DNA of 64,000 bases from a virus (IMGVR_UViG_3300033153_006492:1-64000); one strand, 5' to 3'; positions 7,040 through 15,524 are shown, numbered from the stretch's first letter. Notes: generated by a model from the letters alone, not told the origin. Program-made: numbers and translations.

Positions 7040-7115
7040 GGGAGTATAGCAAATTATTGGTCTTGCAGTAGGCTCTTAACCTTCATAAATGTCGGTTCGA
7101 TTCCGACTGCTCCCA
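7040..7115 (+). tRNA. tRNA-Lys(CTT)
   Basis: GGGAGTA/TGCTCCC, loop CTCTTAA. Confidence 0.88.
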
Positions 7116-7225
7116 CAATCCTGTGGTGGATCGTTACCACCGTCCAGTTGTCAATCCTCGAGGTAGACTTTGGTGTGAAGCTGACAAAGAATATGGTATT
7201 CGCAGGTACTTTTTGTAAAATAAAT

Positions 7226-7254
7226 TTGACTTTCTATTTTAATTGGTTTATATT
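7226..7254 (+). promoter_or_regulatory. sigma70-type early promoter
   Basis: TTGACT-17-TATATT-CTG. Confidence 0.7.
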
Positions 7255-7282
7255 CTGGTAAAGAAATAATGAAAGGTTACAA

Positions 7283-8137
7283 ATGGAAGTTCAAAGTTTA
7301 TCAATTTTAATTCCCGCAGGATGCCCAAACAGGTGTCCTTTCTGTGTTTCTCACATGAATAAAGAAAACAAAAAATTTAGAACAAATGTAAATATTGATT
7401 TGGATTCTGTCAAACGAAGAATGGAATTTGCTCGCGACAATGGAACAAATACTTTAATGATTACATCAACTGGTGAAGCATTAGAAAATATGGATTATGT
7501 GATTCATATTCTCGATATAAATAAAAGATTGCCGTCTCCTTTTAAATGGATTGAATTACAGACAAGTGGTGTTGGTTTAATGGATTGTATAAATGAATAT
7601 GGTTATAGTATGAATAAGATTAATACGATTAGCATCAGTGTTGTCGACATATTCAGTTCTGAATATAATTCTAAATGGATGAAAATGCCTGCTGGTCGTG
7701 AAGTTGATTTGGATGAATTGGTTAAGTTTTTGAAAGAACGAAATTTTAATGTTCGTATATCAATTAATTTAACTAACATATATAATAATATTGCTGTTGA
7801 AGATCTGTATCAACGACTGGGAGAATTGGATGTTGACCAAGTAACATTTCGGAAATTATATTTGAATGGTAATGGAAGCAAACAAGATAACTGGATTGAA
7901 AAAAATAAACTTGATTATGAAACTTTCAATGATATAATTGAATATGTAGAAGATAATGGAAACGCTCTTGAATTATTACCATTTGGCGCAATGAAATATT
8001 CGTTGAATGGAATATCAACAGTAATTGATGACGACTGTATGAGTAAAGAAGTTAGAAATGTGTTGAAGTATTTAATTATCCGTGAGAATGGAAAATTATA
8101 TTCTCGTTGGGATGATAAAGGTTCTTTAATTTTTTAG
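7283..8137 (+). CDS. radical SAM protein
   Basis: CPNRCPFC (CxxxCxxC) and TGE motif; ends in TAG. Confidence 0.85.
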   Translation: MEVQSLSILIPAGCPNRCPFCVSHMNKENKKFRTNVNIDLDSVKRRMEFARDNGTNTLMITSTGEALENMDYVIHILDINKRLPSPFKWIELQTSGVGLMDCINEYGYSMNKINTISISVVDIFSSEYNSKWMKMPAGREVDLDELVKFLKERNFNVRISINLTNIYNNIAVEDLYQRLGELDVDQVTFRKLYLNGNGSKQDNWIEKNKLDYETFNDIIEYVEDNGNALELLPFGAMKYSLNGISTVIDDDCMSKEVRNVLKYLIIRENGKLYSRWDDKGSLIF

Positions 8138-8149
8138 AAAGGTTATGTT

Positions 8150-8353
8150 ATGAACGAATATAAAATAATTACTGCAAGTTCTGCAGGTGAATTAACAAAA
8201 AAAGTAAATAAAATCATGATGGAAGAACATTTTACGCCGAATGGTTCACATCATGTAATTGAAATACATCGTCAAAATCGTTATAGGGGAACTGAACTTA
8301 TTGATACGGTTATTACACGAGAGTATTCACAAACAATGAAATTGAAAATTTAA
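8150..8353 (+). CDS. small hypothetical protein (DUF1737-like)
   Basis: YKIITA...LTKKVN...YSQTM pattern. Confidence 0.6.
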   Translation: MNEYKIITASSAGELTKKVNKIMMEEHFTPNGSHHVIEIHRQNRYRGTELIDTVITREYSQTMKLKI

Positions 8354-8598
8354 AAGGAATGTGATGTGAAAACGGATAGTTTCTTGGTGGACGGGACACG
8401 GCCAGAACCCAATAACAAATGCTTCACCTGATAACTATTTGAGAAACTGGCGCATCGATCTGTCTTAGAATAATTTCATGTGAGGTTCACATAATATTAT
8501 TTGTAGAGTAGCTCTCAATAAAAGACAATTTAGTGGACAACCTTAATAACCACATTAAGATCGCTCTGGAAAGAAATTACTCTCACATCACATTTTTT
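8354..8598 (+). ncRNA. unknown ~245-nt multibranch RNA
   Basis: Perfect 12-bp closing helix AATGTGATGTGA/TCACATCACATT with nested helices; fills the whole intergenic gap. Confidence 0.6.
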
Positions 8599-8624
8599 AT
8601 TGATAACTAATTTAAAGGAATGAT

Positions 8625-9011
8625 ATGGATAATATTTTAACTGATTTGTACAAAGCACTTTTGTATAAAGATTATACATTAAAGGATGTTTTTATTGGTT
8701 TCAAAAATAGAACGACAAATACACATTATAGGTTTCCAAAACGAACTGATTATAAATATTTTAAACGTATAACATATGTGTATGATTGGTTTTTTGTGTG
8801 GGCTGCTGTATCCAAAGTATCATATGGAATTGTAATATCATTGAGTTTAATGGATATAGTTATGATATGTTTTGGGAACTGGTATTTTATGATATTTTTA
8901 GGAATGAAAGCTTTTTATTTATATGATCTTTATCGCTATGTTTGGTTAAATAAATTAGATGAAAATATTGCTCCTAATTTGTTACAAGATTGGGATGGAC
9001 AATTAATATAA
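8625..9011 (+). CDS. hypothetical membrane protein
   Basis: RBS; hydrophobic C-terminal half. Confidence 0.65.
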   Translation: MDNILTDLYKALLYKDYTLKDVFIGFKNRTTNTHYRFPKRTDYKYFKRITYVYDWFFVWAAVSKVSYGIVISLSLMDIVMICFGNWYFMIFLGMKAFYLYDLYRYVWLNKLDENIAPNLLQDWDGQLI

Positions 9012-9028
9012 ATTGAAGGGAAAAGGTT

Positions 9029-10189
9029 ATGATACATTCGATGTTAGATAATGATTTGTATAAGTTTTCAATGCAACAGGCAGTAATGAAATTATATCCC
9101 AGTGCAAAAGTGAAATATAAATTCATTGATCGAGGTGCTACGTATTTTCCTGAAAAAATGGTCGCTGAATTGAAACAGGCTGTTAAGGATATGGAAGGTT
9201 TGTATCTTACTTTTAATGAACGTAAGTTTTTAGAAGAAAAGGTATATTTCTTTAATCCTGTTTATGTTGATTTCTTAAATGGTTATCGTTATAAATCTGA
9301 TGAAGTTGATATTAACTGGGATTCTGGCGAACTACAAATTACCATTGAAGGATATTGGTTTCGTACAATCTTATGGGAAGTACCTTTAATGGCTTTGGTT
9401 TCTGAATTATATTTTAAACATACCGGTGCTTCAGTTATCTGGAGCGATTTAGATATTCGCAACGAACATAAGGCTGAAGATTTTAAGGAATTGGATGTTA
9501 AGATTGCTGATTTTGGAACTCGTCGTCGGTATTCATATAAAAGCCAACAAAGATTAGTTGAAGAATTTAATAAATGGAATTTCTTTGTTGGAACAAGTAA
9601 TATGCATTTCGCAGAAAAATACAACTTAACTCCAATTGGAACACAGGCTCACGAATGGTTTATGTTTCATGCTGCTAAGTATGGATTTCATCAAGCTAAT
9701 TCTATTTCGTTGGGTCGTTGGGTTGATGTATATAATGGTGATTTGGGGATTGCATTGTCTGATACTTTTACAACTGAATCATTTTTCAAATCGTTTGATA
9801 CATTGTATGCTAAATTATTTGATGGTGTTCGTCACGATTCAGGTGACGCTATCAAATTTGGAAATGAAGTTGAAAAACATTATGAAAAGTTAGGGATTCC
9901 ACCTACCAGCAAAACAATTGTATTTTCTGATGGATTGGACTTTGATGAAGTACAACGTATAGAATCATATGGCTGGAAAATAAAACGGTCATATGGTATT
10001 GGAACTTGGTTATCAAATGATATTCCTGACGTTCATCCGCTAAATATGGTAATTAAAATGGTAGCTGCTAAACCAAGTGGTGAAGACGAATGGATTAACA
10101 CAATAAAGTTAAGCGACGATGAAGGAAAACATACTGGAAATCGGAAAACAATTGAATTAGCAAAAAATGTACTTAATATAAAGGAGTAA
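9029..10189 (+). CDS. pncB: nicotinate phosphoribosyltransferase
   Basis: DNDLYKFSM, DFGTRRRYS, GTQAHEW, RHDSGD, VFSDGL, YGIGT motifs. Confidence 0.95.
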   Translation: MIHSMLDNDLYKFSMQQAVMKLYPSAKVKYKFIDRGATYFPEKMVAELKQAVKDMEGLYLTFNERKFLEEKVYFFNPVYVDFLNGYRYKSDEVDINWDSGELQITIEGYWFRTILWEVPLMALVSELYFKHTGASVIWSDLDIRNEHKAEDFKELDVKIADFGTRRRYSYKSQQRLVEEFNKWNFFVGTSNMHFAEKYNLTPIGTQAHEWFMFHAAKYGFHQANSISLGRWVDVYNGDLGIALSDTFTTESFFKSFDTLYAKLFDGVRHDSGDAIKFGNEVEKHYEKLGIPPTSKTIVFSDGLDFDEVQRIESYGWKIKRSYGIGTWLSNDIPDVHPLNMVIKMVAAKPSGEDEWINTIKLSDDEGKHTGNRKTIELAKNVLNIKE

Positions 10190-10193
10190 TTTA

Positions 10194-10397
10194 ATGAAAC
10201 TTGAAATGAGATCAATACTGGTTATTATTGTAATTGTATTAGTTTTTGTAATGTCGTGGGCGTCATTCAATCACATTGACAATTCATATATAATGAAAGA
10301 CGACATTGAACTTGAACGATTACAGTCAGAAAATGATAGTTTGAAAACTGTCATTAAAGATTTACAGCCTAAAGACAAAGGAGATACTGATGAGTAA
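10194..10397 (+). CDS. hypothetical membrane-anchored protein
   Basis: N-terminal TM segment, short coiled coil. Confidence 0.6.
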   Translation: MKLEMRSILVIIVIVLVFVMSWASFNHIDNSYIMKDDIELERLQSENDSLKTVIKDLQPKDKGDTDE

Positions 10398-11799
10398 TTT
10401 ACAGCAAATTGGTGAAAACATTGCCGACAAACTCGGTCATGAAGAAACCATTGTAATGAGAACTAACGATGCTCGCTATCGTTATTATCAGTGGTTACGA
10501 GATTGGTATGGTATGGGTCAACAAGAAGCAACGAATAAATGTCCATTCTATCAATTTATGTTTTGGGGTAGTTTAATAATGTTGGTTTCTATTATTCCAA
10601 TTATTTTATTGAAAATCACTGAATGGGTTGTTCTTAAACCGTTAACATGGGTTGTTCCTGATGTAATTGATGATATATACAAAAAAATAATTAATCCCAG
10701 TAAAATGATAGCGGCCTGGCTTTTAACGTTTGTTTTGTTTGTTGTTGCTGTGGTTATAACTCTATTTGTTTATGGCGAACTTCTTTACTGGATAGGATTT
10801 GGAATTCTTTTTGTTTATGCTATTCCGTATGCTATTATATGGGCGATTGGAACTGGGCTTGTGGTGGTTGTAACACTTGGATTACCTATGATGTTTACTG
10901 GTATTGGGATAGGATTCAGTTATTTGTTCAATGGTATCGGATTAGTTCCCTGGGGTCAAATGTTTATATATTTAGGGCTTGGGATAGCATTTTTATTTGT
11001 GTTTCTGGTTTTATTGGTATCAATATATCAACTTACTATTCTTTTATTTGAATCTAAATTTTCTAATTGGGTTATTAAAAAGTCATGTATTATTCGTGAA
11101 AATAGTATTGGAAAAAATAAAGAACGTAGAGAACGAATTATAGCTAATCAAGAATTAAAAGAACAAGCTCAATTAAAATGGAATTTGGAACATAAAGATG
11201 AACTTGAACTTGAAAGAATAGAAAGCGAAGCACGATGTAAGGAACGAGATGAATCTATTGAACAATGGGTAGAATCTATTATTGGATTGTTTGGGTTTGT
11301 TTGGTCTGGTTTGAAAATTTTTCCAGGTTACCCTTTTATTTGGGCTTGGTTACTCATTAAACAAATTGGACTTGGCATTTGGTGGGTTATGAAAAAAATT
11401 GGTGATTTTTGTGTTATCGTATGGTCACTTGCTACTGAGACTGTTAGCAATCATTGTCCTCCAATTGATTTTATATTTAATGTAAATGATGAAGGTTTAT
11501 TAATCGCACAACGTAAATACGATGGTTATGTATTTCTTTGTGAAAACGAAGAACGTACTATTGTTATTGAAGAATTACCAGACACATTTGATATTAAACC
11601 AGGATTGAAAGATGGTTTAAAGTGTCGTATCCAATGCACTATTTGTACTAAAGATGTTGAGACAGCGCAATATGATAAAGCTAATAACTGGAGTAGCGTA
11701 TATGAAAGTCTTATACATCCATCACCTGTGTATGAAATTCAATCGTTGGAATATGTTAAAGTACCAAAAAAACGAAAAAGTAAGAAGGTAACAAAATGA
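10390..11799 (+). CDS. polytopic membrane protein, unknown function
   Basis: 469 aa, multiple TM segments and a charged linker. Confidence 0.8.
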   Translation: MSNLQQIGENIADKLGHEETIVMRTNDARYRYYQWLRDWYGMGQQEATNKCPFYQFMFWGSLIMLVSIIPIILLKITEWVVLKPLTWVVPDVIDDIYKKIINPSKMIAAWLLTFVLFVVAVVITLFVYGELLYWIGFGILFVYAIPYAIIWAIGTGLVVVVTLGLPMMFTGIGIGFSYLFNGIGLVPWGQMFIYLGLGIAFLFVFLVLLVSIYQLTILLFESKFSNWVIKKSCIIRENSIGKNKERRERIIANQELKEQAQLKWNLEHKDELELERIESEARCKERDESIEQWVESIIGLFGFVWSGLKIFPGYPFIWAWLLIKQIGLGIWWVMKKIGDFCVIVWSLATETVSNHCPPIDFIFNVNDEGLLIAQRKYDGYVFLCENEERTIVIEELPDTFDIKPGLKDGLKCRIQCTICTKDVETAQYDKANNWSSVYESLIHPSPVYEIQSLEYVKVPKKRKSKKVTK

Positions 11800-12053
11800 T
11801 AAGATTTTTCAAAACATATATGGGTATCTTTAAGGTGCCCATATTTTGGGGTGTTGTTATATTCTTTTTCCTTACAGCGATATTGGGAAACGCTTCCGGC
11901 CCATTAATTTTACTTTTCATAAAATCTGTGGCGTTGGCAATGATAATGGCTTTTTTGGCTGTTGTGATGAAATTTCTTGAACAAAAATATGGAAAAGGTA
12001 ATAATTTTCTGGAACAAAAATATGGAAGAACAGGGAACAAAAATAAAAAATAA
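11796..12053 (+). CDS. hypothetical membrane protein
   Basis: Two TM segments; duplicated FLEQKYG tail. Confidence 0.6.
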   Translation: MIRFFKTYMGIFKVPIFWGVVIFFFLTAILGNASGPLILLFIKSVALAMIMAFLAVVMKFLEQKYGKGNNFLEQKYGRTGNKNKK

Positions 12054-12058
12054 TCGTT

Positions 12059-12070
12059 TATATATTTATA
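12059..12070 (+). promoter_or_regulatory. candidate phage late promoter
   Basis: TATATATTTATA, recurring in intergenic gaps. Confidence 0.55.
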
Positions 12071-12100
12071 AGTGTAATCTAAAAAAGAAAGGAAACCATT

Positions 12101-12163
12101 ATGTTTGAATATTGGTTAGGAAATTACGGTTAGGGTTTTCCGTAGATAAATAAACCTCCATAA
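12101..12163 (+). CDS. leader peptide MFEYWLGNYG*GFP*INKPP with two in-frame TAG codons
   Basis: AAAGGA RBS, ATG 12101, TAG at 12131 and 12143, CCT-CCA-TAA at 12155-12163. Confidence 0.65.
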
Positions 12164-12219
12164 TTTTTCTTTATTCTTAAATGTTATTAACTAATCGAAA
12201 TAAGAATAAAGGAGAATTA
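12161..12219 (+). promoter_or_regulatory. RBS-sequestering hairpin (translational attenuator)
   Basis: 19-bp stem 12161-12179/12201-12219 (17 Watson-Crick + 2 GU) covering the AAGGAG of ORF 12222. Confidence 0.75.
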
Positions 12220-12221
12220 AA

Positions 12222-12608
12222 ATGATGAATCATAAAGAATTTTATCAATCGAAAAAGTATTATCTTAAAGGTTTAGCACAACAACTTCATGATCTTAGAC
12301 TTGAATTCAAAGAATCACAGCGTAATAATCGAGGTGAAGGTGATTATAGATTATGGATGAACATTCAAAAAATAAGGTATGAATATCGGCATCAACATAT
12401 AGCGAATACATTAGCACGTAAACTTAACGCTAACACTCATACTGAAAATGGAGTTTTAACTGCTGAAGCTATTGAATGGTATAACAGAATTGAAGCAAAG
12501 GTAAAGGATGGAAATGAAGCGAATTTTGACTACATTGGACGACTTTCTGAAGAGTATCCCTCTTTACAGGAGGTATATGATGAAACGTCTGTATGTGTTG
12601 ACGCGTAA
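12222..12608 (+). CDS. hypothetical protein upstream of pth2
   Basis: AAGGAG RBS; YEYRHQHIA motif. Confidence 0.75.
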   Translation: MMNHKEFYQSKKYYLKGLAQQLHDLRLEFKESQRNNRGEGDYRLWMNIQKIRYEYRHQHIANTLARKLNANTHTENGVLTAEAIEWYNRIEAKVKDGNEANFDYIGRLSEEYPSLQEVYDETSVCVDA

Positions 12609-12939
12609 TGACTTAGGTGCGGTTTATCAATCAGTTCAAGGAGCACATGCAGTTGCACAATTTATGTTAGATTATCCTGATAATGAATGGAAGAATGGTT
12701 ATCTTATTTTTCTTGCCGTGGAAAATGAAAAAGAATTGTATGATTGGAAAGAACAAGTTGTATTTAAGAATTCAACAAAATCAATTCTGAAACAAACTCC
12801 CGTGTCAGGCTTTTTTGAACCTGATTTAGATAATCAATTAACTGCAGTTGCCGTGTATTCTACTGGTTCTAAATTCAGTAAGTTACCTATTGTTACTGCA
12901 CCAATTATGGATGATGCTGACAATGATGGTGCGGTGTGA
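12577..12939 (+). CDS. pth2: peptidyl-tRNA hydrolase 2-like protein
   Basis: LYVLTRNDL...QGAHA...IFLAV...FFEPDLDNQLTAVA; GGAGG RBS before ATG 12577. Confidence 0.8.
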   Translation: MMKRLYVLTRNDLGAVYQSVQGAHAVAQFMLDYPDNEWKNGYLIFLAVENEKELYDWKEQVVFKNSTKSILKQTPVSGFFEPDLDNQLTAVAVYSTGSKFSKLPIVTAPIMDDADNDGAV

Positions 12940-12946
12940 TATTAAT

Positions 12947-12972
12947 ATGGCGGCGGTAATGTCGCCATTTTT
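12947..12972 (+). terminator. intrinsic terminator-like hairpin between pth2 and suppressor tRNA
   Basis: ATGGCGGC-GGTAAT-GTCGCCAT plus T run. Confidence 0.6.
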
Positions 12973-12974
12973 AT

Positions 12975-13049
12975 CTGCTTGTAGCTCAGCCCGGTAGAGC
13001 GGAGAACTCTAAATTCTCGCCAGCGTCGGTTCGAATCCGACCAAGCGGA
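12975..13049 (+). tRNA. amber suppressor tRNA (CTA)
   Basis: Canonical cloverleaf: CTGCTTG/CAAGCGG-A, D arm GCTCAGCCCGGTAGAGC, GAGAA-CTCTAAA-TTCTC, GTCGG-TTCGAAT-CCGAC. Confidence 0.92.
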
Positions 13050-13074
13050 CGACAAGGATAGGAGAATAAATACA

Positions 13075-13344
13075 ATGATTAGTGAAGAAAAAAGAGCATT
13101 GGATGAAGCAAAACAACTGATTAAGACATATGGACAAAAGTATTTAATCAAGCATTTAATGGACATTGAAACTATTATAATGAAAATTGATACACCAGCC
13201 TCATTAGAATGTAATGGAATTGTTGTTTTACCAAAGCCGAAAATTAAAAAAGAATCTACTGATAAATTCAATAAAAATAATTTCCTATTTGGTATATTGA
13301 TTGGAATTTTATTTGGTATTGTATTTACAGTAGTGCTTATATAA
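13075..13344 (+). CDS. hypothetical protein, C-terminal TM
   Basis: AGGAG RBS. Confidence 0.65.
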   Translation: MISEEKRALDEAKQLIKTYGQKYLIKHLMDIETIIMKIDTPASLECNGIVVLPKPKIKKESTDKFNKNNFLFGILIGILFGIVFTVVLI

Positions 13345-13359
13345 CTAAGGAGAAATTAT

Positions 13360-13836
13360 GTGGACAACATAACATATTTTATATTATTTATTTTTATACT
13401 TGGAATTTTGAATAGATTGCGGGAATTTTCTGACAACACAGGTTTTGATTCGTGGTGGGAAAACAGTTGGTTCGCAAAAATTAAAAATCAATTTTGGTTC
13501 AAATGGTTTAGGTCTAATCCATCGGATAAACACAAGCGAATATATTTATTACGATGGATTGGATTTATTGAAAGATGGAATCTGAAATTTACTAAATCTG
13601 AAACGTGGAAACGAATAAAGAATTTTAGTATTCCAAATCATCCAGCATTTTATGATGGTTATCATAATTTTAAATCAATCACATTGTTAGTGATATCTGT
13701 TTATGCAGGTATTCAATTTGGTTGGTATTGGATATTTGTATCGTGGCTTGCTTGGTATGTTGGACAAAAATTAACATACGCTGCTTTATTACGAAGCACG
13801 TGGGATTGGATTAAAAAAGTTATGTGGTTCAAATAA
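13360..13836 (+). CDS. hypothetical Trp-rich membrane protein
   Basis: AAGGAG RBS; DGYHNFK motif. Confidence 0.65.
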   Translation: MDNITYFILFIFILGILNRLREFSDNTGFDSWWENSWFAKIKNQFWFKWFRSNPSDKHKRIYLLRWIGFIERWNLKFTKSETWKRIKNFSIPNHPAFYDGYHNFKSITLLVISVYAGIQFGWYWIFVSWLAWYVGQKLTYAALLRSTWDWIKKVMWFK

Positions 13837-13854
13837 AATAGTAAAGGAAATAAG

Positions 13855-14052
13855 ATGATTAATAAAATGACGCTTCATACTGGAGAAAGTGATAATATTA
13901 TTTACATTGATTGGGATGGAAAACAGAAAAAACAAAAAGATATGATGCGTGTTGAAATAAAAGTACATAAAAATCATACTGTTAGAGTACTTGAAATTAA
14001 CATAAATGATGAAAATATAGTAACATTATTAGATGAGGAAGAAGATGCCTAA
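13855..14052 (+). CDS. hypothetical protein
   Basis: ORF track, RBS. Confidence 0.55.
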   Translation: MINKMTLHTGESDNIIYIDWDGKQKKQKDMMRVEIKVHKNHTVRVLEININDENIVTLLDEEEDA

Positions 14053-14680
14053 AAAAATACAAAGATTAAATATAATTGATTTGGAGTCGACATGCTGGCC
14101 TGATCAAATTGCTCCAAATGGAGCACCTCAAAGATTCGCGTCTGAAATAATTGAAATAGGAATAGCTCAAGTAGATGTAAAGTCGCTTGAAATTTTAGAA
14201 AAGAAAAGTTATTTGGTTAAGCCAGTAACATATCCTAAATTGAGTAAGTATTGTACTGATTTAACAAGTATAACCAATGAAATGTTAGATGAAGAAGGAA
14301 CGACGTTAGCCTATGCTATTGCTCGAATGTTATCTGAATTTAAGACGATGAAGTATGAATGGGCTTCGTGGGGAGATTATGACAGAAGCCAATTCCAACG
14401 AGAATGTGAGCATAAGAATATACAATATCCTTTTCACAAGACACATCTTAACTTGAAATATATATTATCTACGTTAATAGGAAGCAAAGTACAACGGAAC
14501 ATGGATGGTATAATGGAATTCTTAGATATGAAATTTGAAGGAAGCGCTCACAGAGGTGTTGATGATGCTTATAATACAGCGAAGATATATATTAAGATTA
14601 TGGCTGCTATTGGTGAAACAGTTAATTCGAGAGTACTCTGTCAACTTTGGGGAGACGACTTCCACAAGGAAAATAGTTAG
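14045..14680 (+). CDS. DEDDh 3'-5' exonuclease (ERI1/KapD-like)
   Basis: IIDLESTC, EIIEIG, WGDYD, HRGVDDAYN. Confidence 0.9.
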   Translation: MPKKIQRLNIIDLESTCWPDQIAPNGAPQRFASEIIEIGIAQVDVKSLEILEKKSYLVKPVTYPKLSKYCTDLTSITNEMLDEEGTTLAYAIARMLSEFKTMKYEWASWGDYDRSQFQRECEHKNIQYPFHKTHLNLKYILSTLIGSKVQRNMDGIMEFLDMKFEGSAHRGVDDAYNTAKIYIKIMAAIGETVNSRVLCQLWGDDFHKENS

Positions 14681-14681
14681 A

Positions 14682-14805
14682 TGATATAATGACATCTTTT
14701 TATGATAATGATGTGACATAATGACACAACAATTTTCTATTCGCTATCTGTGAATTATGAAGTTCTTAAAAAACAATAGGTTACGACTTTGGTACGATAT
14801 TTGTA
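14682..14805 (+). promoter_or_regulatory. sigma54-type promoter with enhancer repeats and IHF-like site
   Basis: TGGTACG-ATAT-TTGTA (14790-14805); AAACAATAGGTTA (14771-14783); TGA(T/C)ATAATGACA at 14682 and 14714. Confidence 0.6.
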
Positions 14806-14853
14806 GTGTATTATAGTAATTAAATAATATTACTTACTATAAAGGAGAACACT

Positions 14854-15270
14854 ATGAATCATTTACGCAAATATCGTAACAATCCATTTTTATCAACTAC
14901 ATTATTCGATGAAATGTTGGGTGAATTATTTCAACCGCGCGTTTCATACGACGCAGCTAAAATTGATGTTAAGGAATATGATGATAAAGTTGAAGTTATT
15001 GCAGAAATTCCTGGGTTTACAAAAGAAGACGTTACACTCGAATATGAAAAAGGACATCTGACAATTACTGGCGAATTAAAAAAGGATGCTGCTGAAGAAA
15101 CTGGTAAATTTTTACACAAAGAAATTGGTAGCCGGTCATTCGCTCGCAAATTTAATCTTGGAGATTTATTTGATGTATCTAAAATTGATGCTACGTTCAA
15201 TGATGGTATACTAAGTATTACATTACCAAAGAGTGAAGACGAAAAGTCTCGCAAAATTACCATCAAATAA
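14854..15270 (+). CDS. small heat-shock protein Hsp20
   Basis: DVKE...AEIPG...SFARKF...ATFNDGILSITLPK. Confidence 0.95.
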   Translation: MNHLRKYRNNPFLSTTLFDEMLGELFQPRVSYDAAKIDVKEYDDKVEVIAEIPGFTKEDVTLEYEKGHLTITGELKKDAAEETGKFLHKEIGSRSFARKFNLGDLFDVSKIDATFNDGILSITLPKSEDEKSRKITIK

Positions 15271-15290
15271 CAACTGTAGGAGAAGTACCA

Positions 15291-15506
15291 ATGGACATTA
15301 TTGATTTTCAAGATAAACGATGGCAAGTAAAACATAGAGTCCGAGACGAAGGAATAACGTCTGAGGGATTAGAATGGTTTAAGTGGTACAAAGGAGCCAC
15401 AATGGTTTTGAAAAAAGATGGTGTCCTTCTTTTCGTTGACGAAATAGTTGACGCTGAATTTGAAGATTTTCCATATAAAAAAGATGAAAAAACACTTGAC
15501 AATTAA
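15291..15506 (+). CDS. hypothetical protein
   Basis: AGGAG RBS. Confidence 0.65.
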   Translation: MDIIDFQDKRWQVKHRVRDEGITSEGLEWFKWYKGATMVLKKDGVLLFVDEIVDAEFEDFPYKKDEKTLDN

Positions 15507-15524
15507 GTTTTTTATACTTATATT
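15496..15524 (+). promoter_or_regulatory. sigma70-type early promoter
   Basis: TTGACA-17-TATATT-CTG. Confidence 0.72.

Noticed and set aside
11973-12030. Tandem duplication encoding FLEQKYG twice
   Set aside because: A simple local duplication with no evidence of function.
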